24,000 nucleotides of DNA from an uncultured Sedimentibacter sp. (GCA_963675125.2 CAXXFT010000008.1:238258-262257); one strand, 5' to 3'. Counted from the stretch's first letter, positions 1 through 9,142 are shown. A program made the numbers and translations. The notes: generated from the sequence alone by a model not told the origin.

Positions 1-803
1 CATTTGAAAGATTGAAATTCGTTTTAGAGAAAAAAATAAACGTAGTATCAAGTGCTGAAGAAATGGCTTACCCACAAGCACAAGAGCCTGAACTTGCTAA
101 GCAATTAGATGAAATAGCTAAAGCTAATGGTGTATCAATACTTGGAACAGGTATCAACCCTGGTTTAATTATGGACTTATTAGTAGTAATTATGACTGGA
201 TGTTGTGAAGAAGTTGAACATATAGTATCAAGAAGAGTAAACAGTTTGTCTCCATTTGGACCAGCTGTTATGGAAGAACAAGGTATTGGTATAAGTGTTG
301 ATGAATTTAAAAAAGGTGTTGAGACTGGACACTTATCAGGTCACGTTGGCTTCCATGAATCAATAAATATGATTGCAGATGCTATTGGTTGGAAGGTTGA
401 GAAAGTAACACAGTCTATGGATCCTATAGTAACAGATGTAGATAGAAAATCTCCTTATGGTTTTGCAAAAGCTGGAGATGTTGCAGGTTGTGCTATGAAA
501 GGCTTTGGATATATTGATGGGGAATTAAAAATTGAAATGGATCACCCACAACAAATAGAGCCTGAACAAGTAGGTGTTCAAACAGGTGATTATGTAATAA
601 TTAAAGGAACTCCAAATATTAATATGGTTAACTCACCAGAAGTTCCTGGTGGTATTGGAACAATTGCAATGTGCGTTAACATGATACCTCATATAATTAA
701 TGCTAAACCAGGTTTACAAACAATGTTAAGCTTGCCAGTTCCAAGAGCAATAATGGGAGATTTAAGAGACCAAATCGATCCAGATTGCAAAATTGTAAAA
801 TAA
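1..803 (+). CDS. ord: 2,4-diaminopentanoate dehydrogenase, C-terminal ~265 codons (5' end lies left of the window)
   Basis: The reading frame is open from the window edge (codon phase of nt 3) to TAA at 801-803, so the TTG at 12 used by the track is probably internal. The protein has a DapB-like fold signature (SILGTGINPGL). It sits directly upstream of ortA-ortB-oraS-oraE, as in the described ornithine-fermentation cluster. Confidence 0.8.
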   Translation, partial: FERLKFVLEKKINVVSSAEEMAYPQAQEPELAKQLDEIAKANGVSILGTGINPGLIMDLLVVIMTGCCEEVEHIVSRRVNSLSPFGPAVMEEQGIGISVDEFKKGVETGHLSGHVGFHESINMIADAIGWKVEKVTQSMDPIVTDVDRKSPYGFAKAGDVAGCAMKGFGYIDGELKIEMDHPQQIEPEQVGVQTGDYVIIKGTPNINMVNSPEVPGGIGTIAMCVNMIPHIINAKPGLQTMLSLPVPRAIMGDLRDQIDPDCKIVK

Positions 804-821
804 TTGATTTTATGTTATAAT
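793..821 (+). promoter_or_regulatory. Candidate sigma-A promoter at the 3' end of ord (TTGTAA, 17-nt spacer, extended -10 TGtTATAAT)
   Basis: The -35-like TTGTAA lies at 793-798 and TGtTATAAT at 813-821, with exactly 17 nt between the hexamers. This is a motif match only. Confidence 0.3.
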
Positions 822-851
822 AAACAAGCATAGGTTTTAAGATTTTTATAA

Positions 852-891
852 ATAAGATAAAGAATTTGAACAATTAAATTCTTTATCTTAT
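852..891 (+). terminator. AT-rich perfect stem-loop between ord and ortA (weak intrinsic terminator or attenuator candidate)
   Basis: AAGATAAAGAATTT (854-867) pairs perfectly with AAATTCTTTATCTT (876-889) and can be extended by 2 bp. The loop is 8 nt. It is followed by ATAGTTTTA, which is only a short U-tract. The stem has just two G-C pairs, so its stability is low. Confidence 0.35.
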
Positions 892-1025
892 AGTTTTATA
901 TAATTATCAATAAAAAACTTGTTTTTAGAAAATATTATTAGGTTAATCAATGACAATGTATTAATTATTTAATATTACTAAAATGTTTTGGAATGTTTAA
1001 AATATATAGACAGGGAGTGTTAAAA

Positions 1026-1331
1026 GTGATTAAAAAAGGTGAATGGGTTTTAATACATAGGAATGTATTAGAAGTATTAGATAGAGCACCACAAGTACCT
1101 GATGATACAAAAAAGGTTCCATTAGAAATGTGGGTAAAAGGATATTTGCAAGAAGACGCAAATATTGGTGATGAAGTAAATGTTTTGACTAGAACAAAAA
1201 GAAAAGAGCATGGTACTTTATTAGAAGTTAATCCAACATATAAGCATGATTTTGGAAACTTTGTTCCTGAACTTTTACATGTAAGTGAGCAAGTTAGAGA
1301 AATATTGTTTGGAGGTGAGTCTAATGAGTAA
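1026..1331 (+). CDS. ortA: 2-amino-4-ketopentanoate thiolase, alpha (small) subunit
   Basis: This is a roughly 101-aa protein (VIKKGEWVLIHRNVL...VPLEMWVKGYL...) in the conserved position between ord and ortB. I prefer the GTG at 1026, which lies 8 nt after AGGGAG (1012-1017), over the track's ATG at 993, which has no SD sequence. The stop overlaps the ortB start by 8 nt. Confidence 0.8.
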   Translation: MIKKGEWVLIHRNVLEVLDRAPQVPDDTKKVPLEMWVKGYLQEDANIGDEVNVLTRTKRKEHGTLLEVNPTYKHDFGNFVPELLHVSEQVREILFGGESNE

Positions 1332-2724
1332 AGATATGAGTTATTCAGCAGTACTTGCAAGAAAACCTGAAATTATGAAACAGTCGGTAGGTATAGATTA
1401 TTCTACTTTTGAAAGTGGTTCAATAGCATTTGATTATGAGAAAATGATGAGAGAAACAGGTTATTCTCTTGAAGAAATACAAAAAATACAAGCTGATACA
1501 GGTGTTGGTAATACTCCTATATTAGAACTTAAAAATATAACAGCGTTAGCAAGAAAATGTGCAGCTCCTGGAAAAGGTGCAAGAATATTTATAAAAGACG
1601 AAGCTAGTAATCCATCAGGGAGTTTTAAAGCAAGAAGAGCCGCAACTGCTGTATATCATGCAAAAAAACTTGGATATAAAGGCGTAATTTCAGCTACAAG
1701 CGGTAACTATGGTGCAGCAGTAGCATCACAAGCAGCTATGGCTGGATTGAAATGTATAATAGTTCAAGAATGTTACGATTCAAAAGGTTTAGGACAGCCG
1801 GAGATAATTGAAAAAGCTAGAAAATGTGAAGCTTTAGGTGCAGAGGTTATACAACTTTCTGTTGGTCCAGAATTATTCTATTCATTCCTTGTACTTCTTG
1901 AGGAAACTGGATATTTTAATGCTTCATTATACACTCCATTTGGTATAGCTGGAGTTGAAACTTTAGGATATGAAATTGCTATGCAATTTAGAGAAAAATA
2001 TGGCAAGGATCCAGATGCAGTTGTTGCAACAAATGCAGGTGGTGGAAACTTAACAGGTACAGCTCGTGGACTTATAAAGGCAGGAGCTGAATCAAAGGTA
2101 ATAGCTGCAAGTGTTGATTTATCAGGATTGCATATGGCATCAGACTCACAATTTAACAGAAAATCATTCACAACAGGTCATACTGGATTTGGAATGCCGT
2201 TTACTACATGGCCAGATAGATCAGATGTTCCTCGTTCTGCAGGAAGGCCACTAAGGTACATGGATAGGTACCTGACAGTTCATCAGGGAGAAGTATTCTA
2301 TATTACTGAAGCATTAGCAAGCCTTGAAGGATTGGAAAAAGGACCAGCTGGAAACACTGCATTAACAGCAGCATTTGCACTTGCTCAGGAAATGGATCAA
2401 GATCAGATGATAGTTGTTCAAGAAACTGAATATACAGGTGCTGGTAAACACATACAGCCTCAATTATCTTTTGCTAGAGATAATGGAATTGAAATAATAA
2501 TTGGAGATCCAAAAGATGAAATTCCAGGTAAAAATATAATCTTACCATCGCATCCATCTTTAATAAAAGCAAATGATGCTAATTTAGATAATATGAGAAG
2601 ATCTTTAATTAAAAATGCTGTAGCAAACTTTAATGTGAAACCAACAGAAGAAGATATTGAATTTTTAGCAGTTGAAACTAATACGAATGTAGAATTTGTT
2701 AAAAATGTTTTAGCTTCTTTATAG
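1324..2724 (+). CDS. ortB: 2-amino-4-ketopentanoate thiolase, beta subunit (PLP-dependent, fold-type II)
   Basis: The protein is 466 aa and carries the PLP-lysine context NPSGSFKARRA typical of tryptophan-synthase-beta-like enzymes. ATG 1324 lies 8 nt after GGAGG (1311-1315). The track's GTG at 1285 lies inside ortA and is probably an over-extension. Confidence 0.85.
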   Translation: MSKDMSYSAVLARKPEIMKQSVGIDYSTFESGSIAFDYEKMMRETGYSLEEIQKIQADTGVGNTPILELKNITALARKCAAPGKGARIFIKDEASNPSGSFKARRAATAVYHAKKLGYKGVISATSGNYGAAVASQAAMAGLKCIIVQECYDSKGLGQPEIIEKARKCEALGAEVIQLSVGPELFYSFLVLLEETGYFNASLYTPFGIAGVETLGYEIAMQFREKYGKDPDAVVATNAGGGNLTGTARGLIKAGAESKVIAASVDLSGLHMASDSQFNRKSFTTGHTGFGMPFTTWPDRSDVPRSAGRPLRYMDRYLTVHQGEVFYITEALASLEGLEKGPAGNTALTAAFALAQEMDQDQMIVVQETEYTGAGKHIQPQLSFARDNGIEIIIGDPKDEIPGKNIILPSHPSLIKANDANLDNMRRSLIKNAVANFNVKPTEEDIEFLAVETNTNVEFVKNVLASL

Positions 2725-2770
2725 TAAAATATATTAGATATATTATTTGAAAATGGGAGGATTAATAACA

Positions 2771-3121
2771 ATGAAAAGAGCAGATGATTATGAACAAAGA
2801 AGAGCTCATTTAGCTAATTTATCCGATGAAGAATTATATGATAGATTTTGGAATTTAGCTGAACAAATAGTAGACCCTCTTCTTGAACTAGGTAAAAAAA
2901 ATACTACACCTTCAGTTGAAAGAAGTGTACTTTTAAGAATGGGATTTTCAAGCGTTGAAGTTAAACCAATTGTTGAAGGAGTTATGAATAAAGGTTTAAT
3001 GCGTAAAGGCGCTGGAAATGTTGTTTGGAGATTATCAGAAAAACTTGGTGTTTCAGTACGTGAAGCAGGTTTGTTACTTGCTGATGGAAAACACTGGGAT
3101 GATGTAGATTCATTATTTTAA
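2771..3121 (+). CDS. oraS: D-ornithine 4,5-aminomutase, small (S) subunit
   Basis: The 116-aa protein begins MKRADDYEQRRAHLANLSDEEL, which matches my recollection of the OraS N-terminus. GGGAGG at 2755-2760 precedes ATG 2771. The track's TTG at 2747 has no SD sequence. Confidence 0.85.
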   Translation: MKRADDYEQRRAHLANLSDEELYDRFWNLAEQIVDPLLELGKKNTTPSVERSVLLRMGFSSVEVKPIVEGVMNKGLMRKGAGNVVWRLSEKLGVSVREAGLLLADGKHWDDVDSLF

Positions 3122-3133
3122 GGAGGTATGTAG

Positions 3134-5329
3134 ATGAAACTTGAGCCTAATAAAAAGTTAGATATAAAAGAACTTTTAAAAGATTTGGATAAATATGAGC
3201 CAAAAAGACGTGGTTGGCATTGGAGAGATGGAAAAAATGAACCAAGGAAAATTGGGGATTTTGAATATCATGAAACTTCAGAAAGTTTAAATAAATCAGT
3301 TCCACTTCCAGGAAGCAGAGGATTTGGATATATAGATCCACAACCAGATTGCGTTATTACAACTGAAATAGCTTCAGGAAGATTCGAAGACGATATAAGA
3401 AGGATGCGTATGGCTGCATGGCATGGAGCTGATCATATAATGGTTATAAGAACTGCTGGTCAGTCACATATAGACTCATTACTTGAGGGAACTAACCAAG
3501 GTATTGGTGGTATCATGGTTACAAGAAAACAAGTAAGAGCATCAAGAAAAGCATGTGATTTAATTGAAGAAGAAGTTGGTCGTCCAATTAATTTCCATTC
3601 ATATATTTCAGGTGTTGCAGGTCCTGATATAGCAGTAATGTTTGCTGAAGAAGGAATTAATGGTGCTCACCAAGACCCTCAATACAATGTATTATATAGA
3701 AATGTTAACATGGTTAGATCTTTCTGTGATGCATGTGAAGCTAAGAAAATAATGGCATGGGCAGATATTCTACAAATAGATGGTGCACATAATGCTAATG
3801 CTACAGCTATGCAAGCATGGAAAGTTATGCCTGAATTAATGGTGCAACATGCTATTAACTCAATGTTTTCTAGAAAAGTAGGTATTAAACCAGAAAATAT
3901 TGCTTTATCAACAGTTCCTCCAACAGCACCACCAGCACCTTGTATGAGATTAGACTTACCATATGCAGTTGCACTTCGTGATTTATTTAGAGAATATAAA
4001 ATGAGAGCGCAGCAAAATACAAAATATATGGAATCAGATACTAGAGAAGCTGCAGTAACTCATACAATGAACATGATGATTTCTAGATTAACTAGCGCTG
4101 ATATTCAATCAACAATTACTCCTGATGAGGGAAGAAATGTGCCTTGGCATTATAATAATATTGCGGGTGTAATGACAGCTAAACAATCTCTTACAGGCAT
4201 GGATGGCTTAAGAGAAATGGTTAAACTTGATAGAGAAGGACCATTAGGTAAAGAAGTAAGAGAATTAAAAGAAAGAGCAATATTATTTATGGAAGAAATG
4301 CTTGAAGTTGGTGGTTTCTTTAAGGCAGTTCAAGAAGGTTTCTTCATAGATAGTGGAAAATATCCTGAAAGAAATGGAGACGGTATCGCTAGAGAAATTG
4401 AAGGCGGAATTGGATATGGATTTGTTTATGAAAGAGATGAAGATTATTTTGCTCCAGTTTCTGTTCATTATGGATATAATAACGTTCCAAAACAATTTAA
4501 AAAAGCAAGTGACGCAATAGGTGGAGATACTTTTGAAGATAGAAGTAAAATAGTTTATATAGATGAACTAGATGAAAATGATAATGTTAATAAGAGATTA
4601 GAAGATTCTGATAAATACTACAATACAAATCTTGTTAAACCTGAGGTTGAGTGGAGAGCAGATGGTACTGTATTATTATCAATATTCTTGCCTTTAGATG
4701 AAAGAACAGCAGAATTTGCAGCAATAAAATGCGGTGAAAAAATGGGACTCGATGATGTAACAGTTGTTCATAAACAATGTATGCATCCATCAGAAGGAAC
4801 TTATGTTGAATTAAAAGGAAAAGTTAATTTTGATATTGATGTTAATGAGTTGGTTATACCAGTAAAAGTTGAACTTCTTTCTGAAAAAGAAATAAGAGAA
4901 GATATCCAAGATAAACCAATGTTTGTTGTAGCTGCTACAGTTGGCCAAGATGAACATTCAGTTGGAATGAAAGAAACATTGGATATTAAACATGGTGGTG
5001 TTGAAAAATTCGGAATTAAATATGAATATCTAGGAACTTCTTGTCCAGTTGAAAAATTAGTTGATGCTGCAATTGAAACAAAGGCTGATGCTATTTTGGT
5101 AAGTACAATTATAACTCATGATGATGTTCATATTAAAAATATGAAAAAAATTAATGACCTTTGTATTGAAAAAGGAATTAGAGATAAAATTATGATAGTT
5201 TGTGGTGGAACTCAAGTTAACAATGAAATAGCAACAGAAGCAGGACTTGATGCAGGTTTTGGTAGAGGTTCTCATGGAGTTGATGTTGCGAGTTTCTTAG
5301 TTAAAAGAAGAAGGGAAATGAATAAATAG
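3134..5329 (+). CDS. oraE: D-ornithine 4,5-aminomutase, large (E) subunit (PLP- and adenosylcobalamin-dependent)
   Basis: The protein is 731 aa. A C-terminal Rossmann-type B12-binding domain carries a DxHxxG motif (QDEHSVG). A strong AGGAGG SD precedes ATG 3134. It follows oraS directly. Confidence 0.9.
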   Translation: MKLEPNKKLDIKELLKDLDKYEPKRRGWHWRDGKNEPRKIGDFEYHETSESLNKSVPLPGSRGFGYIDPQPDCVITTEIASGRFEDDIRRMRMAAWHGADHIMVIRTAGQSHIDSLLEGTNQGIGGIMVTRKQVRASRKACDLIEEEVGRPINFHSYISGVAGPDIAVMFAEEGINGAHQDPQYNVLYRNVNMVRSFCDACEAKKIMAWADILQIDGAHNANATAMQAWKVMPELMVQHAINSMFSRKVGIKPENIALSTVPPTAPPAPCMRLDLPYAVALRDLFREYKMRAQQNTKYMESDTREAAVTHTMNMMISRLTSADIQSTITPDEGRNVPWHYNNIAGVMTAKQSLTGMDGLREMVKLDREGPLGKEVRELKERAILFMEEMLEVGGFFKAVQEGFFIDSGKYPERNGDGIAREIEGGIGYGFVYERDEDYFAPVSVHYGYNNVPKQFKKASDAIGGDTFEDRSKIVYIDELDENDNVNKRLEDSDKYYNTNLVKPEVEWRADGTVLLSIFLPLDERTAEFAAIKCGEKMGLDDVTVVHKQCMHPSEGTYVELKGKVNFDIDVNELVIPVKVELLSEKEIREDIQDKPMFVVAATVGQDEHSVGMKETLDIKHGGVEKFGIKYEYLGTSCPVEKLVDAAIETKADAILVSTIITHDDVHIKNMKKINDLCIEKGIRDKIMIVCGGTQVNNEIATEAGLDAGFGRGSHGVDVASFLVKRRREMNK

Positions 5330-6684
5330 TGAAAGTTAATGTATTGGTAGCCGAGATTGGTAGTACCACTACAGTAGTTAATGCATTTAATGGAATAGGC
5401 ACACCTTGCCCCGAATTTATAGGGCAAGGTCAAGCGCCTACATCCGTGTTAGAGGGCGATGTAACGGTTGGACTCAAGGGTGCTATAGATAGCTTGAAGG
5501 AAAATCTGCATGAGTCAGAAATAACATGGGATGATATGTTAGCTACAAGTAGTGCTGCTGGTGGTTTAAAAATGACCGTTCATGGTCTTGTATATGATAT
5601 GACTGTTCGTGCGGCAAAAGAAGCAGCTCTTGGAGCCGGTGGTATCATTAAAATGATTACATCTGGAAAACTTAGAAGAACAGATTTAAAAAAAATACAA
5701 GAAGTAAATCCAAATATAATACTTGTTGCTGGTGGTGTAGATTATGGAGAAAGAGATACAGCACTTAACAACATGGAAATGATTTTATCAATGGGTTTAA
5801 AGACACCGATAATTTATGCTGGAAATATTGAAAATCAAGAAGAAATAAAACTAATGTGTGATGAAGCAGGAGTTAAAGTTTACATCGTAGAAAATGTTTA
5901 TCCTAAAATAGACATGTTAGTTGTTGAACCAACAAGAAAGGTAATTCAAGATGCCTTTGAAGAACATATTATTCATGCACCAGGAATGGCTAAAGTTCGT
6001 GATTTGGTAAAAGGACCTATAATACCAACACCTGGTGCAGTAATGGAAGCAGCTAAAGTATTGAAGGAAGATATAGGCGATTTAGTTATCTTTGATGTAG
6101 GTGGAGCAACAACGGATGTACATTCCGCTACTCAAGGTTCAGAGGAAGTTAATTCAATTTTAATTAGTCCTGAACCTGAAGCTAAGAGAACAGTTGAAGG
6201 CGACTTAGGAGTTTACGTAAATGTTAATCATGTTGTAGAAAAAATTGGATTGGACAATCTTAAGAAAGAATTTCCTGATGTAGATGAATTACTTCAAAAT
6301 TTCAAGCCAATTCCACTAAGCGACAGAGAAAAGCAATTTGTAGAAAGATTAACTAAAGAAGCGGTTGTAACTTCACTAGAAAGACATGCAGGTAAACTTA
6401 GAGATTTATATGGTGCTAATGGTAAAAAAACTGTAGCACAGGGTAAAGATTTAACTGCTATTAAGTATATTATAGGTACTGGAGGGGCATTGACTAGATT
6501 ACCTAATCGTGTTGAAATACTAGAAAAAATCCGAAATTTAGGTAAAGGTTTAGAACTATATCCTACAGAGCGAGCTAAAATATTAATAGATAATGATTAT
6601 ATTTTTTCTTCTCTTGGTGTTTTATCTAAAAGCTATCCAGAAGATGCATTGTTATTAATGAAAAAAAGTTTAAGATTACTATAA
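5329..6684 (+). CDS. GlmL/MutL-like protein (putative ATP-dependent reactivase/chaperone for the B12 aminomutase)
   Basis: The protein is 451 aa. Its N-terminal VAEIGSTTTV and the later FDVGGATTDVH are ASKHA/actin-fold phosphate-binding motifs, as in glutamate mutase component L. The GTG start overlaps the oraE stop by 1 nt, which suggests translational coupling. Confidence 0.7.
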   Translation: MKVNVLVAEIGSTTTVVNAFNGIGTPCPEFIGQGQAPTSVLEGDVTVGLKGAIDSLKENLHESEITWDDMLATSSAAGGLKMTVHGLVYDMTVRAAKEAALGAGGIIKMITSGKLRRTDLKKIQEVNPNIILVAGGVDYGERDTALNNMEMILSMGLKTPIIYAGNIENQEEIKLMCDEAGVKVYIVENVYPKIDMLVVEPTRKVIQDAFEEHIIHAPGMAKVRDLVKGPIIPTPGAVMEAAKVLKEDIGDLVIFDVGGATTDVHSATQGSEEVNSILISPEPEAKRTVEGDLGVYVNVNHVVEKIGLDNLKKEFPDVDELLQNFKPIPLSDREKQFVERLTKEAVVTSLERHAGKLRDLYGANGKKTVAQGKDLTAIKYIIGTGGALTRLPNRVEILEKIRNLGKGLELYPTERAKILIDNDYIFSSLGVLSKSYPEDALLLMKKSLRLL

Positions 6685-6696
6685 TAGGAGAGTGCT

Positions 6697-7767
6697 ATGT
6701 ATCCACAATTAGTTATTGATTTAAAAAAGGTAAAAAATAATCTTGAAAAAATATCTGAAATGGTTAAAAGTGTAGGATGCTCTCTGATGATAGTTACTAA
6801 AGGATATTGTGCAGACAGTGAGGTATATAAAATACTTGAAGAATCAGATATAGACTTTTTAGCAGATTCACGAATTCAAAATCTAAAAAAATACGAAGGT
6901 ACAAAAAAACAAAGAGTCCTTTTAAGATTGCCAATGGGCTCAGAGGCTGACGAAGTAGTTCGTTATACTGACTTGTCTTTAAATTCTGAGCTAGTGACAA
7001 TTAAAAGGCTTAATGATGCCGCAGAAAAACAAAATAAAATTCACAATATACTTCTTATGATTGATTTAGGAGATTTACGAGAAGGTATATTCTATAAAAA
7101 TGAAGAAGAAATATATAGTGCAGTAGAAGAAATATTAAAGTTAGAAAACATAAAACTTCATGGTATTGGTGTAAATTTAACTTGTTATGGAGCAGTAATA
7201 CCCAAAAATGAAAATCTATCTATTTTAGTAGAAATTGCAGAAAAAATTGAACAAAAGTTTAATATTAAATTGGATATGATTTCTGGTGGAAATTCTAGTT
7301 CTGTACATCTTATTGATAAAAATGAGTTACCAAAAAAAATTAATAATTTAAGAATTGGAGAAGCATTTTTATTAGGAGATGAAACCTCTTATAGCCAGAT
7401 GTTAGATGGATTGTATGACGACTGTTTTGTATTAGAGGCAGAAGTAATTGAATTGAAGGAAAAGCAATCTGTACCAATTGGAGAAACTGGAGTTGATGCT
7501 TTTGGTAACAAACCAGTATACGAAGATAGAGGAATTATAAAAAGAGCCATAATAGCAGTAGGTAGACAGGATATAGATTCTGACAACCTACATCCTATAG
7601 ACTCTAAAATAGACATATTAGGTGCAAGTTCAGACCACTTGATATTGGATGTAACAAAAACGGATAAAGAGTATAAAGTTGGAGATATAATCAATTTTAA
7701 ACTTAGCTATTCAAGTTTGTTAAGAGCCACAACAAGTGCTTATGTAAGCAGAACTTATATAAAATAG
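6697..7767 (+). CDS. orr: Ornithine racemase (alanine-racemase-fold PLP enzyme)
   Basis: The protein is 356 aa. The N-terminal barrel carries a candidate PLP lysine (MIVTKGYC). The gene is the last member of the ornithine cluster. An AGGAGAG SD precedes ATG 6697. Confidence 0.75.
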   Translation: MYPQLVIDLKKVKNNLEKISEMVKSVGCSLMIVTKGYCADSEVYKILEESDIDFLADSRIQNLKKYEGTKKQRVLLRLPMGSEADEVVRYTDLSLNSELVTIKRLNDAAEKQNKIHNILLMIDLGDLREGIFYKNEEEIYSAVEEILKLENIKLHGIGVNLTCYGAVIPKNENLSILVEIAEKIEQKFNIKLDMISGGNSSSVHLIDKNELPKKINNLRIGEAFLLGDETSYSQMLDGLYDDCFVLEAEVIELKEKQSVPIGETGVDAFGNKPVYEDRGIIKRAIIAVGRQDIDSDNLHPIDSKIDILGASSDHLILDVTKTDKEYKVGDIINFKLSYSSLLRATTSAYVSRTYIK

Positions 7768-7775
7768 TACAAAAT

Positions 7776-7812
7776 AAAAAACAAAGGCCTGAATTTCACG
7801 CCTTTGTTTTTT
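7776..7812. terminator. Bidirectional rho-independent terminator between orr (+) and the GT2 gene (-)
   Basis: AAAAAACAAAGGC (7776-7788) pairs with GCCTTTGTTTTTT (7800-7812) around an 11-nt loop. The A-tract and T-tract arms give a U-run on either strand. It sits between two convergent stop codons (7767 and 7833). Confidence 0.8.
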
Positions 7813-7832
7813 ATTGTTAATATTAATTTATA

Positions 7833-9086
7833 TTATCTTACTTCTTCAATTGTTTTTACAACACTATGTGTTATTGGTTTCCATTCTATTTTTTTGAACA
7901 ATGCTACAATTGAAATTGGAACATATGTAAAAATAAATATCGGGAAAGTAAATGTATATAATATTTTTTTCCTTGCAGTAGCTCTAATTTGTTTCCATTC
8001 GGATATAGTTGTTAATAAACCTAATGCAAATATAACTAGATAAAAATTAGCAAAGGACATTACAATTGCACTGGTAGTTTCTTGGACTATCATAGGGGAT
8101 ACTTCGATATTAATTAGTGCATAAGTTAAAAACAATAAATTTGTAACGGCGCTAAGAATAGAAATTATCATAGCAGGCATTATTGTCATAAACATATCGT
8201 AGCAACAAAAACTTTTGTTTTTGAAAATTCCTTTAATTAAATCAAATCCATAATTCGCAAAGACTTGATAAAACCCTTTTGCCCATCTTAATCTTTGATT
8301 CCATGACTGTTCAAAATCATATGGTTGTTCATCATATATTTTTGCCTTATCACAGTATCCAATCAGCTCACCTTGAATTGCATTATCTATTGAAAATTCT
8401 ATATCTTCTGTTAATAGATGATGTTTCCAACCGTTGTTTTTTTCAATTATATCATCATGTACTAAAAATCCAGTACCAGATACCGCACAGCCAGTTTTAA
8501 GTATCATTCTTGAATTGTTAAGAAATCTTGCTTCTCTTAAAAACCAAAGTGAATAACCAGCAGAAATCCAATTTGTATCATAATTTTTAGAATTCCTATA
8601 ACTTGTTATTATTTTGTAGTTATTGTCGAAAACTTTATTCATTTCAGATATATAATTTTCATCCAATAAATTATCTGCATCAAAAATAAAATATCCTTCA
8701 TAACGACTATATTTGCTTTTAATTATTTTAAATGCATAGTCTAAAGCATAACCCTTACCTACACGTTGTTTGTTAAAACGCTCAAAAACTATGGCTCCAG
8801 CTTTTCTTGCAACTTCTTGAGTATTATCTGTACAGTTATCTGCAACTACGAAAATATCTAATAGATTTGATGGATAGTTTTGCCTTTTTATGCTTTCTAT
8901 TAAGTGACCTATTACATTACTTTCATTTCTAGCAGCAATAACAACTGCATATTTGTGATTATTTATTGAAACCATATTTTCGCTTTTATAAATTAATGAC
9001 ACAAGGACATAAAATGCTTGATATAGATAAAAGCCTGTGAATATTAACAATATAATTAAATTGAATGCACTTATAAATGATAACAA
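7833..9086 (-). CDS. Membrane-embedded processive family-2 glycosyltransferase (PgaC/IcaA/cellulose-synthase-like architecture)
   Basis: The layout is an N-terminal TM helix, a GT-A domain (VVIAARNES, FIFDADNLL as the DxD motif, LTEDIEFS) and QRLRWAKG (the Q-x-x-R-W motif of processive synthases), followed by about 4 C-terminal TM helices. The track starts at TTG 9101. GGAGG (9099-9095) lies inside that codon run and sits 8 nt before the in-frame TTG at 9086, so I prefer 9086. Confidence 0.8.
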   Translation of the reverse strand: MLSFISAFNLIILLIFTGFYLYQAFYVLVSLIYKSENMVSINNHKYAVVIAARNESNVIGHLIESIKRQNYPSNLLDIFVVADNCTDNTQEVARKAGAIVFERFNKQRVGKGYALDYAFKIIKSKYSRYEGYFIFDADNLLDENYISEMNKVFDNNYKIITSYRNSKNYDTNWISAGYSLWFLREARFLNNSRMILKTGCAVSGTGFLVHDDIIEKNNGWKHHLLTEDIEFSIDNAIQGELIGYCDKAKIYDEQPYDFEQSWNQRLRWAKGFYQVFANYGFDLIKGIFKNKSFCCYDMFMTIMPAMIISILSAVTNLLFLTYALINIEVSPMIVQETTSAIVMSFANFYLVIFALGLLTTISEWKQIRATARKKILYTFTFPIFIFTYVPISIVALFKKIEWKPITHSVVKTIEEVR

Positions 9087-9142
9087 TTCTACTACCTCCA
9101 ATAGTTAAACTTTATATATAAAACCAAATCTTTACGTTTGTT

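Noticed and set aside
5329-5640. Apparently higher G+C (about 44% by hand count in the first 120 nt) and more GC-ending codons at the 5' end of the mutL-like gene than in oraE. I considered this a sign of mosaic or horizontal origin.
   Set aside because: The estimate comes from a small hand count. The elevation fades further into the gene. The gene is translationally coupled to oraE and sits in the canonical cluster position. A proper sliding-window GC and codon-adaptation calculation would be needed.
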